Source of the DNA: a virus
Taxonomy: Duplodnaviria; Caudoviricetes
IMG/VR virus record: IMGVR_UViG_3300043666_000001
Location: 9,483-73,482 of that record
Strand: one strand, 5' to 3'
Length of the DNA: 64,000 nucleotides
The position numbers and the translations under genes were made by a program. Each line of letters starts with the position of its first letter. Within the stretch, counting starts at the first letter, position 1. The notes under the pieces were generated by a model. That model was not told the DNA's origin. It searched no databases and saw only the letters and a program-made list of their open reading frames with translations. Below, piece by piece: positions 28,357-36,022 of this stretch.

Positions 28357-28489
28357 TGGTTCTCACCTTTTTATTCGGTGGTGTCTTCTCAACAGCAATA
28401 CCCCAAGTGGCTTCACCACACAGTGGGCATGTGTCATTCTCTGTAGGCTCAACAACTTGTGAGTCACAGGGCAAACATGTCTTACTCAT
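28346..28489 (-). CDS. 47-aa zinc-ribbon protein, not in ORF track
   Basis: MSKTCLPCDSQVVEPTENDTCPLCGEATWG...; ATGA overlap with the portal stop. Confidence 0.6.
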   Translation of the reverse strand: MSKTCLPCDSQVVEPTENDTCPLCGEATWGIAVEKTPPNKKVRTNAK

Positions 28490-30234
28490 TTACTCCCCAC
28501 TTTGGGTTTTGGTTTATTCTTTGCTTTGACTGTTTCAAGCTCAAGGGCATTTTTATGTCCCACTTGATTGAGCTCCAGGGCCCGGGAGTGCTCAGCTTGG
28601 GCACCCATCTCAGTAGAGGTGTGTAGCTGTTTAGCCTCATCCTCTTTTTGCTGCTTGAGCTCCTCAAGGTAGTCATCTATATTCTCAATCATGAGAATGC
28701 CCTTCAGCATCTTGACAGCGACCTTGTCAGTTAATAGTCCAATGCCCCTCAAGGCGATGACACTGTCAACAAGGGCTTTCTCCTCCTCAGGGTCTGGAGA
28801 CTGATACTCCCCCCAAGAGAACTCAAATGGCGGAGAATTCCAGTTCCACTTTTTGCCCATCTCCTCAATGAGTGCCTTGGCCTCAGTTATGCCAGGGAGC
28901 TCCATGTCAACAGAGATTGCAATCCTTAAAAGCATTGCATACACTGGAGCCATGCAGTTGTCTGCAAAGTTAGACCTTATCCGGTCACAACTAGCGAACA
29001 TTCTCCGCATGAGCTTTTTCATGCTACTAGCCGCCAACGCATTGCCCTTTGGCAACTTCTCAGGGTCAAGACTCACAACCCCAAACTTGGCCTCTAGCTT
29101 GCTGAGGATATCCTTGGTATTCTTGTCCAAAGCATCTAACGCATCACCTGGAAGAGTGTGCAGGGTTATCTTCGCGTCTGGGGATGTGTAGGTCCAAACC
29201 TCACCCGGTCCCTTTTTGCGCACCTTACCATTTCCACCTTGAGCCATTGACACATAGCCACCTTTATGTGGCATGTTGGTCTCAGTTGGTGGGCCTCCAA
29301 GGACAGAGGATTGGTGAATGACCTTCGCGTTCCTGCCCTTTGCTTGAGGACCCTCTCCTGGGGAGACACCAGTCTCTGTCCATTGTGGGTCTCCACTGTA
29401 CAACGCAGCACGATGACGTTGAGATAAGCTAAAGTTCATAGCATCCACCTCATCCAGCTCATTGCGGTGGATTGCATAACCATCAACCCTCCCAGCAACA
29501 TTCCCCTTTTTCATGAAGGGATACCAGCGCACAGGGCAAAAACCAAGCCCATGGACCACTTCCTCCTCAATACTCCAGGTGTAGTCACCCACATCATTCC
29601 CAGCCTTTATCTCAACTGGGTTAAAGGTAATGTCCGCCTGGGCATCGATGATTCTCCGGAAGAGCATTGGAACAGCTTTCCAAACGTTTCTCTCCTTGAC
29701 CTCCTCAATGTAGCCGTACATAATCTCTAGAGAGAGACATTCACCGTTTTTCTTGAGCTTGGGCAAGCACCACTCTGCTGGGATTGTCTCAACAAAGAGA
29801 TTCTCATCCCTCACACCACACAGGAAAACCCCTGTGCTACACCCCATAGCCTCCTCTAAAACCTCGGCAAAGTGAGTCTTGAGGTTAGCCTCAGTCTCAA
29901 TGGCAGAGAGGAGTTTATCAATCTCCGTTGACTCACTCTCCTCAACTGTCTCTGTATCATCACCCCATGCAGACCTTGCACTTATATCAGGGTAACGTTC
30001 CTCACCTAGGATAAGGTCAACCTTTTGATTTATCGCATCCTCTACTACAGTGTAGACAACACATGGTTGTCGCTCCCATAGTGGGACATCTGCGCTAAAC
30101 CAACTTGGCCTCCCGTCATATTGTGTGCCATCAACATACTTCCTGAGCTTAGCGATTGCTTTAGCTCTAGCGGAGGTCTGTTGATTTATCAACTCTACAG
30201 CCTGAGAATAATTTTGAATGGAATTATCGTGCAT
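28486..30234 (-). CDS. portal protein
   Basis: 582 aa directly after terL; coiled-coil C-terminus. Confidence 0.8.
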   Translation of the reverse strand: MHDNSIQNYSQAVELINQQTSARAKAIAKLRKYVDGTQYDGRPSWFSADVPLWERQPCVVYTVVEDAINQKVDLILGEERYPDISARSAWGDDTETVEESESTEIDKLLSAIETEANLKTHFAEVLEEAMGCSTGVFLCGVRDENLFVETIPAEWCLPKLKKNGECLSLEIMYGYIEEVKERNVWKAVPMLFRRIIDAQADITFNPVEIKAGNDVGDYTWSIEEEVVHGLGFCPVRWYPFMKKGNVAGRVDGYAIHRNELDEVDAMNFSLSQRHRAALYSGDPQWTETGVSPGEGPQAKGRNAKVIHQSSVLGGPPTETNMPHKGGYVSMAQGGNGKVRKKGPGEVWTYTSPDAKITLHTLPGDALDALDKNTKDILSKLEAKFGVVSLDPEKLPKGNALAASSMKKLMRRMFASCDRIRSNFADNCMAPVYAMLLRIAISVDMELPGITEAKALIEEMGKKWNWNSPPFEFSWGEYQSPDPEEEKALVDSVIALRGIGLLTDKVAVKMLKGILMIENIDDYLEELKQQKEDEAKQLHTSTEMGAQAEHSRALELNQVGHKNALELETVKAKNKPKPKVGSK

Positions 30235-30263
30235 TGTTTATTCTCATAGACTGGTTGACAACC

Positions 30264-31709
30264 CTAGTCATCATCCTCATCATAATGATCTGAGGCAAAA
30301 TCCTCTGTGACTGTCTTGGTAGAGTAAATTCCACCAAACACATGGTAGATTGCATATCTCAATGCATCTTGACAGTGGTTGTTCTTATCCTCAATCTCAT
30401 CAAGGATAAGCTCTTTATTCTTTGGGTCTCTCTTGCGACGATACATCCCCATCTCCCTAATAAGATTAGGACATTCTGGGGAGACATACATGTGTGGTGA
30501 TTTCCTACCACTTGGGCTGGGTTTGAGAGATAGCATTGTTGCTACAACAGGTACACCCTCCTCAATTTTATGAGTGGCATGGACTATGCCTATCTGTGCC
30601 TGCTTCTCATATTCAGCGATTTGACTTGGACCACTGCTATCCGCGTACCAACGAACATAACCCCTGAACTCATCAGCCCATTCCTTGACAACCATCGCTA
30701 TATCATTGTAGGTAGTGTGAGATTTGCAGTATTCACGGATGACATGAACCACAGCATCCCTCCCATATCCACTTACACCCATAAGCAACAACACAGCTGG
30801 GTCCTCCCAACCATGGTCCATGCCAACCAAAAAACTGTGGAATGGCAAGAATGGTGCCCTGATATGCACATCCTCATTAAACATGGGGTACACTAACCCC
30901 TCTGCACTGTCAAAGTCACACATCCACTCACGTGCAAAAACACTTGGCAGAGTTTTGCGCTTGACCCTTGCAAGATACCGTGGGTCAACCAACTTTGGTG
31001 CATCATATGCAGTGGCATGAAAGCTGAAGTGAGATGAGGTCATGTCCTTTATCTCCTCCTCACTCAAGCCACCCTCATCATGCTGGCGCCAATAGGACTC
31101 ACTTGGCCAAAGCTTTGCAGCCTTGTACAATAGCCCATATCTACCACGTCGTGGTGTGCCACCTATGATGGTTATGCGCAAGCTCCTGGGCTCACTGAAC
31201 CATGGCTGTGTGACAGACTCAACAATCTCAGGGTCAACATCATCAGCCTCATCCACAAACACCACGTCGCATCTTATGCCACGTGCATTGTCCGCAACAT
31301 CTGCACTGACAAACTGTATCCAACTACCACCAGGGAAAGAAACACGCCACTCCGTCTTATTTACCACCCCACCTAGAAATTTCCACTTACCCTCCAGCTC
31401 TGCTACCAGCAGCTGAGAATGGACTTTCTTGGCTTGTACAAGTGTAGGCATGAGTACGACTATGCGCACCCCTGTCTCATCAGTGTCTTGTCTTGCTTTC
31501 CAATCCCATTGATAGACAAGCAAGTAGCATACCAGTCTGGTAAACCAACTCTTTCCAATCCCACGCCCCCAAGGGATGCAAACTGTGTTCCCTGGCTGTA
31601 TGTGTTGGTGTGCCAGTTGTTGGGCATAGCACTTGCTAAGGTCAATATCCATGAGCCGTAAAATCCGTGTTTTTCCAGTGTGGCCAGGGGAATGTGCAGC
31701 ATTGAACAT
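30264..31709 (-). CDS. terL: terminase large subunit
   Basis: Walker A WGRGIGKS, Walker B VVFVDEAD, nuclease GMDHGWED and NHCQDALRY. Confidence 0.95.
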   Translation of the reverse strand: MFNAAHSPGHTGKTRILRLMDIDLSKCYAQQLAHQHIQPGNTVCIPWGRGIGKSWFTRLVCYLLVYQWDWKARQDTDETGVRIVVLMPTLVQAKKVHSQLLVAELEGKWKFLGGVVNKTEWRVSFPGGSWIQFVSADVADNARGIRCDVVFVDEADDVDPEIVESVTQPWFSEPRSLRITIIGGTPRRGRYGLLYKAAKLWPSESYWRQHDEGGLSEEEIKDMTSSHFSFHATAYDAPKLVDPRYLARVKRKTLPSVFAREWMCDFDSAEGLVYPMFNEDVHIRAPFLPFHSFLVGMDHGWEDPAVLLLMGVSGYGRDAVVHVIREYCKSHTTYNDIAMVVKEWADEFRGYVRWYADSSGPSQIAEYEKQAQIGIVHATHKIEEGVPVVATMLSLKPSPSGRKSPHMYVSPECPNLIREMGMYRRKRDPKNKELILDEIEDKNNHCQDALRYAIYHVFGGIYSTKTVTEDFASDHYDEDDD

Positions 31710-32011
31710 TCCCCAAGCCCAAGTCTTGGCACACTATGTGGCTAAACATGGACCAAGTTATATCAAGCACACCTGAGTTGACCAATCCCCACACTGTAGG
31801 ATTTACCTATTTGGTAAATGGCCATAGTGGCATAAGAGTTGCCACTTGCTATTTCTATACCACGGCAAGGGCTTGCGTGGATTTATGGAGTTGGGGAGAT
31901 AACACATGCGGATGTGAGACCTCTGCGCCACATCAATACTCATGCCATGAGATTAAGCATGGGTGTTGCATAGATGGAATTACCCATACTAGTACACATC
32001 TTGCCATTGTG

Positions 32012-32103
32012 GTCTACATAGTGGATTTGAACCACTGACCTGGGCAGCTATGTCATAAATCATGCCACAGGGCCCGACTCTGTCCAGCTGAGCTAATGCA
32101 AAC
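32012..32103 (-). tRNA. tRNA-His(GTG)-like gene with a 17-nt insertion in the anticodon loop
   Basis: G-1, acceptor TTTGCAT/ATGTAGA, C73, D-arm GCTC/GAGT, T-arm AGTGG-TTCAAAT-CCACT; loop CTGTGG+CATGATTTATGACATAG+C. Confidence 0.65.
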
Positions 32104-32107
32104 CTTG

Positions 32108-32178
32108 AGCCATATGTAGGTGCTGCCCCCACGTCAACCGAGTACAAATCGGTAGCTCTACTGTTGAGCTAATATGGC
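32108..32178 (-). tRNA. tRNA-Thr(TGT), atypical T-loop
   Basis: GCCATAT/ATATGGC; ACCGA-TTTGTAC-TCGGT; T-loop GGCAGCA. Confidence 0.75.
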
Positions 32179-32182
32179 ATGA

Positions 32183-32536
32183 TTATTTATTCTTTTCCTT
32201 TAACCTAACCCTCTGTGTAGGTTGGTATGCTCTTCTGTACTTCCTGTACTTCTCCCTACATAACTCACACTTGCACCCAATCTTCCCTCTTGACCCACCA
32301 CCGTGGCCTATCTCCCTATAGGCATAGTCATTGCAGATGCGTGTTTTGACTAGATGGCATGGCTTACATCTAAGTACACACTTTTCTAGCTCTGCTTCCC
32401 ACCTGGCCCTTGCCTGGGAGAAGAGTGTGCTCATATTGCACAGCTTATCCGATGAGATTACGTGGTCGAATTCCAGTGCATCAATTGTGCCACAATCAAC
32501 GCAAGAGTCTTCGCATGGTAGAGCAACGAATCTCAC
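32183..32536 (-). CDS. HNH endonuclease
   Basis: CVDCG...EFDHV...KCVLRCKPCH. Confidence 0.85.
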   Translation of the reverse strand: MRFVALPCEDSCVDCGTIDALEFDHVISSDKLCNMSTLFSQARARWEAELEKCVLRCKPCHLVKTRICNDYAYREIGHGGGSRGKIGCKCELCREKYRKYRRAYQPTQRVRLKEKNK

Positions 32537-32576
32537 CCATGAACCAAATTGGCATAGTCATTGACTATACCATTAG

Positions 32577-32647
32577 CAGACCAGGTAGGAATCGAACCTA
32601 CTCGATAGGGTTTTGGAGGCCCAACGGTCACCATGACTCTCTGGAAT
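32577..32647 (-). tRNA. degenerate tRNA-Trp(CCA)
   Basis: CTCCAAA loop and GTAGG-TTCGATT-CCTAC T-arm; mismatches in acceptor and anticodon stems. Confidence 0.6.
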
Positions 32648-32652
32648 ATAAG

Positions 32653-32985
32653 TTGCTAAGGCACTGCCCCTTAGCTGCCAGGCCTCATCCCAGGTTGACC
32701 GCAAGACTGAGGTTGAGTTACGGTCAGCTACGTTTCCACCCTTGCTTGCGCTGTAGCTACATGGATTGGCACATTCCTTGCCTGAGTAGTCAGACATAGT
32801 CAAGCGCCAGAGAGTATACTGGCATGTACCTTGCTATATTGCACCATTCAAACAGTGCCTATCTCCATGGATACCCCTGTAGGGGTTTCACCTACCTAGT
32901 GCACTAGTGTGCTTATCAACATCTATGCCATGTGTATGCCTTGCAAAGCCTATACCAATCAGTGAGTTGTTGACTGGCACAAGTT
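32653..32985 (-). ncRNA. candidate structured non-coding RNA(s), unidentified
   Basis: At least seven inverted repeats and no convincing ORF between tRNA-Pro and tRNA-Trp. Confidence 0.35.
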
Positions 32986-32990
32986 TCTCC

Positions 32991-33064
32991 GGTCTAGTTA
33001 GAGGGACTTGAACCCCCGTAGTCTTGCTCCCAAAGCAAGTGCCTTGCCACTCGGCCACAACTAG
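32991..33064 (-). tRNA. tRNA-Pro(TGG)
   Basis: CTAGTTG/TAACTAG; CTTGC-TTTGGGA-GCAAG; GGGGG-TTCAAGT-CCCTC. Confidence 0.85.
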
Positions 33065-33140
33065 ATATTTGGCTGGGTTAACCAGTAGCCTCACTCACCT
33101 GGAAGGGTTCTTGCATTCAAGGGCCCATAAGCAACTCTTG

Positions 33141-33214
33141 TGCCACAACCTGGATTCGAGCCAGGACTTTACAGGTTCTAGACCTGCTGCCTCTGCCAAT
33201 TGGGCTACTGTGGC
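33141..33214 (-). tRNA. tRNA-Leu(TAG)-like, short variable loop, C33 and C54 variants
   Basis: GCCACAG/TTGTGGC, A73; GCAGG-TCTAGAA-CCTGT; T-loop CTCGAAT. Confidence 0.7.
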
Positions 33215-33223
33215 AATAATCAG

Positions 33224-33293
33224 ACCATCCTAGTGGAATCGAACCACTGTTTGCTCATGCGAAGAGCTGTCCTAACCTCTAGACGAAAGATGG
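33224..33293 (-). tRNA. tRNA-Glu-type body with a shortened (15-nt) anticodon arm; isotype undetermined
   Basis: CCATCTT-TC-GTCTAGAGGTTAGGAC; arm GCTC-TTCGCAT-GAGC; intact T-arm. Confidence 0.55.
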
Positions 33294-33385
33294 TTGCAAT
33301 GCATAAGCCTTGCCAGTGAGATGTTTATATCGCCCCTCTCCACCATGAGGGCTTGGCCCACTGTTTGCTAGCTGCAATGGGTTAG

Positions 33386-33474
33386 TGGCATGTGTAGGAT
33401 TCGAACCTACTGAGCCTTTAGGCTAGTTGAAGCTTGCACCTCAACCGAGAACTCCATAGTCATATATCATGCCA
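33386..33474 (-). tRNA. class II (Ser-type) tRNA-like gene with a 10-nt anticodon loop containing GCA
   Basis: GGCATG/CATGCC; GTTGA-GGTGCAAGCT-TCAAC; variable arm AGCC-TAAA-GGCT; GTAGG-TTCGAAT-CCTAC; weak D-arm. Confidence 0.55.
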
Positions 33475-33478
33475 TATA

Positions 33479-33634
33479 TCAAGGCTTATTTGAGGGTAGA
33501 CCCTCAATGGCACCTAGCAAGCGCTGTACCAATTCCTGCTCACTAACTTTCATGCCAAAACCCTTGGTGATGTCATACACTGTAGCCCAACTTAGGATAA
33601 GTTGTAGCTCTTCCTGGCTAAGCTCAATCTTCAT
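33479..33634 (-). CDS. 51-aa hypothetical protein, not in ORF track
   Basis: Begins MKIELSQEELQLILSWATV; leaderless promoter upstream; precedes the tRNA array. Confidence 0.65.
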   Translation of the reverse strand: MKIELSQEELQLILSWATVYDITKGFGMKVSEQELVQRLLGAIEGLPSNKP

Positions 33635-33640
33635 ATCTAG

Positions 33641-33669
33641 ATGATAGCGAGGAGCACATGTCTGGTCAA
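33641..33669 (-). promoter_or_regulatory. sigma70-type promoter, leaderless; likely drives the tRNA array
   Basis: TTGACC-N17-TATCAT, ATG 6 nt downstream (33634). Confidence 0.7.
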
Positions 33670-33706
33670 GGAGAAAGTGCAGCCCATAACCATCTCCAAT
33701 CCCCCC

Positions 33707-33734
33707 TTGACATCTCCTGTGATGTGACTACCTT
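33707..33734 (+). promoter_or_regulatory. sigma70-type promoter
   Basis: TTGACA-N16-TACCTT, ATG 9 nt downstream (33744). Confidence 0.6.
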
Positions 33735-33743
33735 GCCAACCTC

Positions 33744-33935
33744 ATGAGCCAAACACCGCAGCAACAGGTTGACACACTTATTGCAACCATGCAAACCATA
33801 TACCATATGGCAAAGAAAGGCAGGATGGGGCACTACAGCAAGGAGCAAACCCTCTATGAGATTTGCTGCATCTCAGGCAGAGTCTGCAATGAATATGCTA
33901 ATGAAAAAGATAGACTTGACCCATTGACTCCCTAG
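33744..33935 (+). CDS. hypothetical protein
   Basis: Own promoter. Confidence 0.6.
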   Translation: MSQTPQQQVDTLIATMQTIYHMAKKGRMGHYSKEQTLYEICCISGRVCNEYANEKDRLDPLTP

Positions 33936-33951
33936 AGGGAGGTGCTATCTT
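33924..33951 (+). promoter_or_regulatory. sigma70-type promoter, leaderless
   Basis: TTGACT-N16-TATCTT, ATG 7 nt downstream (33959); spacer contains the inverted repeat CTCCCT-AG-AGGGAG. Confidence 0.7.
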
Positions 33952-33958
33952 ATTCTCT

Positions 33959-34153
33959 ATGAACCTCGCGTCGAGCAAGACCCTCAATCTCGTCATCGTC
34001 AACAGCCTTGGCATGACTATCTCCAGCATCCTATCCAGCCAGCTTCCCCTCACCAAGGAAGAGATGATTGAGATGGCAGACAAGGCTTGTGCCAATGGCT
34101 TCCAGGCCAAGGTGTGGGACCTGGATGAGCTGGACCCCATCTACAGCTGCTAA
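33959..34153 (+). CDS. hypothetical protein
   Basis: Own promoter. Confidence 0.65.
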   Translation: MNLASSKTLNLVIVNSLGMTISSILSSQLPLTKEEMIEMADKACANGFQAKVWDLDELDPIYSC

Positions 34154-34668
34154 GCCTTACTGGGCTCCTTAGGGGGCCCTTTCTCCCCCTCTGGGGGTGG
34201 GTTGGCATAAATCAACTTCACCTCCATTGGCACCCTATTTGCCTTCTCCTCAACTGTCAATTTCAACTCAGCCCCACTGTAACGACCATATAGCTCAGTT
34301 GCCTTTAAAGCACTAGCGTAATCCGGTAAGCCTGTAATCTTACTTGGCGTGGTCATTGCTTGATAGAGGATGTGCTTCACGGTTGAGGCTAGCTCACTAC
34401 GTAACGCGTCTAAATCCTCAGGGGGTGTTGCTAGGCGCCTGGAGGCCTCAGCAGACTCCTTGAGCAAACTCTCCTCCCCTATAGCCCATACCCTCATAAG
34501 GGCCCTAATGGTCATCCTAGAGCGATAGCGACCACTTGCCATCAAATCCGCGATGTAGTTAACCCTATCAGCCTTGTTCGCCTTAGGGGGTGCATCTGTA
34601 TATGGTGCAATATCCGCGCCATTATACTCAGATGTGACTAAGTCACGATGTGGCTTGGCTTTTGCCAT
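34150..34668 (-). CDS. putative terminase small subunit
   Basis: Helical N-terminus and ALKATELYGRYSG motif, co-oriented upstream of terL; start moved to ATG 34668. Confidence 0.5.
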   Translation of the reverse strand: MAKAKPHRDLVTSEYNGADIAPYTDAPPKANKADRVNYIADLMASGRYRSRMTIRALMRVWAIGEESLLKESAEASRRLATPPEDLDALRSELASTVKHILYQAMTTPSKITGLPDYASALKATELYGRYSGAELKLTVEEKANRVPMEVKLIYANPPPEGEKGPPKEPSKA

Positions 34669-34723
34669 GATATCTCTTTTGCGCGTGAAAGTACGTGTGG
34701 TTAGTGGGGTGGGGAGAGCCAGA

Positions 34724-34758
34724 GGGGAACCTAAAGGGGAGGGGGAACCTAAAGGGGA
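34724..34758. repeat. tandem duplication GGGGAACCTAAAGGGGA x2
   Basis: Exact 17-nt copies at 34724-34740 and 34742-34758. Confidence 0.9.
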
Positions 34759-34975
34759 AAATAGGGGGATAGCAACTCTCACGCCTCTCTCCCCCCAAGA
34801 ACAAGGGCATGCAATGTGGCACACTTCGTGAAGCAAGATAAACTCTGCAAGGCCCATGCCTAAATTGAGAACATGGGTCAGAATGCCGCGCAGTGACATC
34901 ACCCTCTATAAGGAGGAGGAACAAGGGTCCCTCTTGGCAAGCCCCAGGCAAAATCGAAAAAGATAGATTTAGACC

Positions 34976-35003
34976 TTGCACATCTTGGTAGATGGTTTAT
35001 CTT
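34976..35003 (+). promoter_or_regulatory. sigma70-type promoter, leaderless
   Basis: TTGCAC-N16-TATCTT, ATG 7 nt downstream (35011); TGGTAGA in spacer. Confidence 0.65.
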
Positions 35004-35010
35004 ATCTCTT

Positions 35011-35304
35011 ATGAACCTCGTCGCAAACAAGTCCTACCGAGTTCTCTCCACTGAACTTCACGTCAACACGTTGGCGCAACTGGCGAACAGGGCTGACAAT
35101 CGATTGGCAGCGAAGGAGTTGATGGCACGAGTTGTGCAGCACATGGGATTTCGTCGTGTGATGAGTGTCAAGGGGTTCATCAAGACTGCCCAAAAAAGGG
35201 GGTGGTCGCGTGAAGCAGCGGTAATTGCGGTTGATTTTGCCTCAATGTACAAGACCGAGGAGGAATTCAGCGTCGAGTTTGGCAAGATTCACCACATCAG
35301 CTGA
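35011..35304 (+). CDS. hypothetical protein
   Basis: Own promoter and downstream hairpin. Confidence 0.65.
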   Translation: MNLVANKSYRVLSTELHVNTLAQLANRADNRLAAKELMARVVQHMGFRRVMSVKGFIKTAQKRGWSREAAVIAVDFASMYKTEEEFSVEFGKIHHIS

Positions 35305-35326
35305 GACTCAAATCAAAAAAGATAGC

Positions 35327-35364
35327 AAGGGGAGGTTGACAGCCTCCCTTTTCACATCTATCTT
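35327..35364 (+). terminator. terminator hairpin whose loop is the -35 box of the next promoter
   Basis: AGGGGAGG-TTGACAG-CCTCCCTT-TT; TTGACA-N17-TATCTT. Confidence 0.65.
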
Positions 35365-35391
35365 TATTTGAGTCACCAAGGAGGCACGACA

Positions 35392-35565
35392 ATGGAACTG
35401 CAATTCGCAATCATCTCTGCATCAGGCATGTTCTTTTCCCGCGTTGATGGATGGATTGAGTCTTACTGCTTTGCTGATGTGTTTGGCACAATGTCTTCTG
35501 CTCAGGCAGTGATGGATGAGTTGCAACTCTCAGGCCAGATTGACCTTGTTGCAGTCTATCTTTAG
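35392..35565 (+). CDS. hypothetical protein
   Basis: AAGGAGG RBS before ATG 35392. Confidence 0.65.
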   Translation: MELQFAIISASGMFFSRVDGWIESYCFADVFGTMSSAQAVMDELQLSGQIDLVAVYL

Positions 35566-35568
35566 GAC

Positions 35569-35596
35569 TTGACATCTACCAATCTAGACATAGGAT
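35569..35596 (+). promoter_or_regulatory. sigma70-type promoter, leaderless
   Basis: TTGACA-N16-TAGGAT, ATG 6 nt downstream (35603); TCTACCA in spacer. Confidence 0.7.
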
Positions 35597-35602
35597 ATAG
35601 AT

Positions 35603-35761
35603 ATGAATTCGCTAGGTGATTTAGTTAGGGCTCACAACGAGGCTATGGTTCAGGCATATATCAGTGAGGCCAAAAATCAATCTATCCAAACCCAGAACAA
35701 GAAATGGGCCAAGGTTTTTAAGTTGGCTGATGCTGTCAAGGCGATGGGGGGTGCGTTTTGA
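35603..35761 (+). CDS. 52-aa hypothetical protein, not in ORF track
   Basis: Begins MNSLGDLVRAHNEAMVQAYI; stop overlaps the next start. Confidence 0.65.
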   Translation: MNSLGDLVRAHNEAMVQAYISEAKNQSIQTQNKKWAKVFKLADAVKAMGGAF

Positions 35762-35961
35762 AAAACCAGACCGATGAGGTGTTGGCACAATTGATGAATC
35801 TTGTGAAATCCCTAGATATGGACCGTCTGGAGTTGTGCATTCGAGCTGATGGCAGGATATATGCCAGCATTGAAACAAGCCGTGGTTACGTGAAACATTC
35901 CATCAATTGTGAAATTGATGAGGCACACAAGTTGCTGGACATCAATAATTACAAGGCATAA
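35758..35961 (+). CDS. hypothetical protein
   Basis: TTGA overlap with the upstream gene. Confidence 0.55.
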   Translation: MKNQTDEVLAQLMNLVKSLDMDRLELCIRADGRIYASIETSRGYVKHSINCEIDEAHKLLDINNYKA

Positions 35962-35980
35962 ACCAATTTGGTTGCAAATT

Positions 35981-36018
35981 AGGGGCTCCACACTCAGGTG
36001 TTGGGCCCTTTTGCTTTT
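35981..36018 (+). terminator. intrinsic terminator
   Basis: GGGGCTCCACAC-TCAG-GTGTTGGGCCC then TTTTGCTTTT. Confidence 0.7.
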
Positions 36019-36022
36019 GCCC

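Noticed and set aside
32573-33094. Minus-strand ORFs 32573..32803 and 32888..33094
   Set aside because: They overlap tRNA genes and hairpin-rich sequence and lack protein motifs
33141-33214. Genome-wide TAG recoding suggested by a CTA-containing tRNA loop
   Set aside because: Conserved genes are unbroken under code 11 and several end in TAG; the best stem register gives anticodon TAG
34669-34902. 78-aa N-terminal extension of ORF 34150..34902 (SPLGSP repeats)
   Set aside because: It is translation of the non-coding tandem repeat; ATG 34668 is the more plausible start
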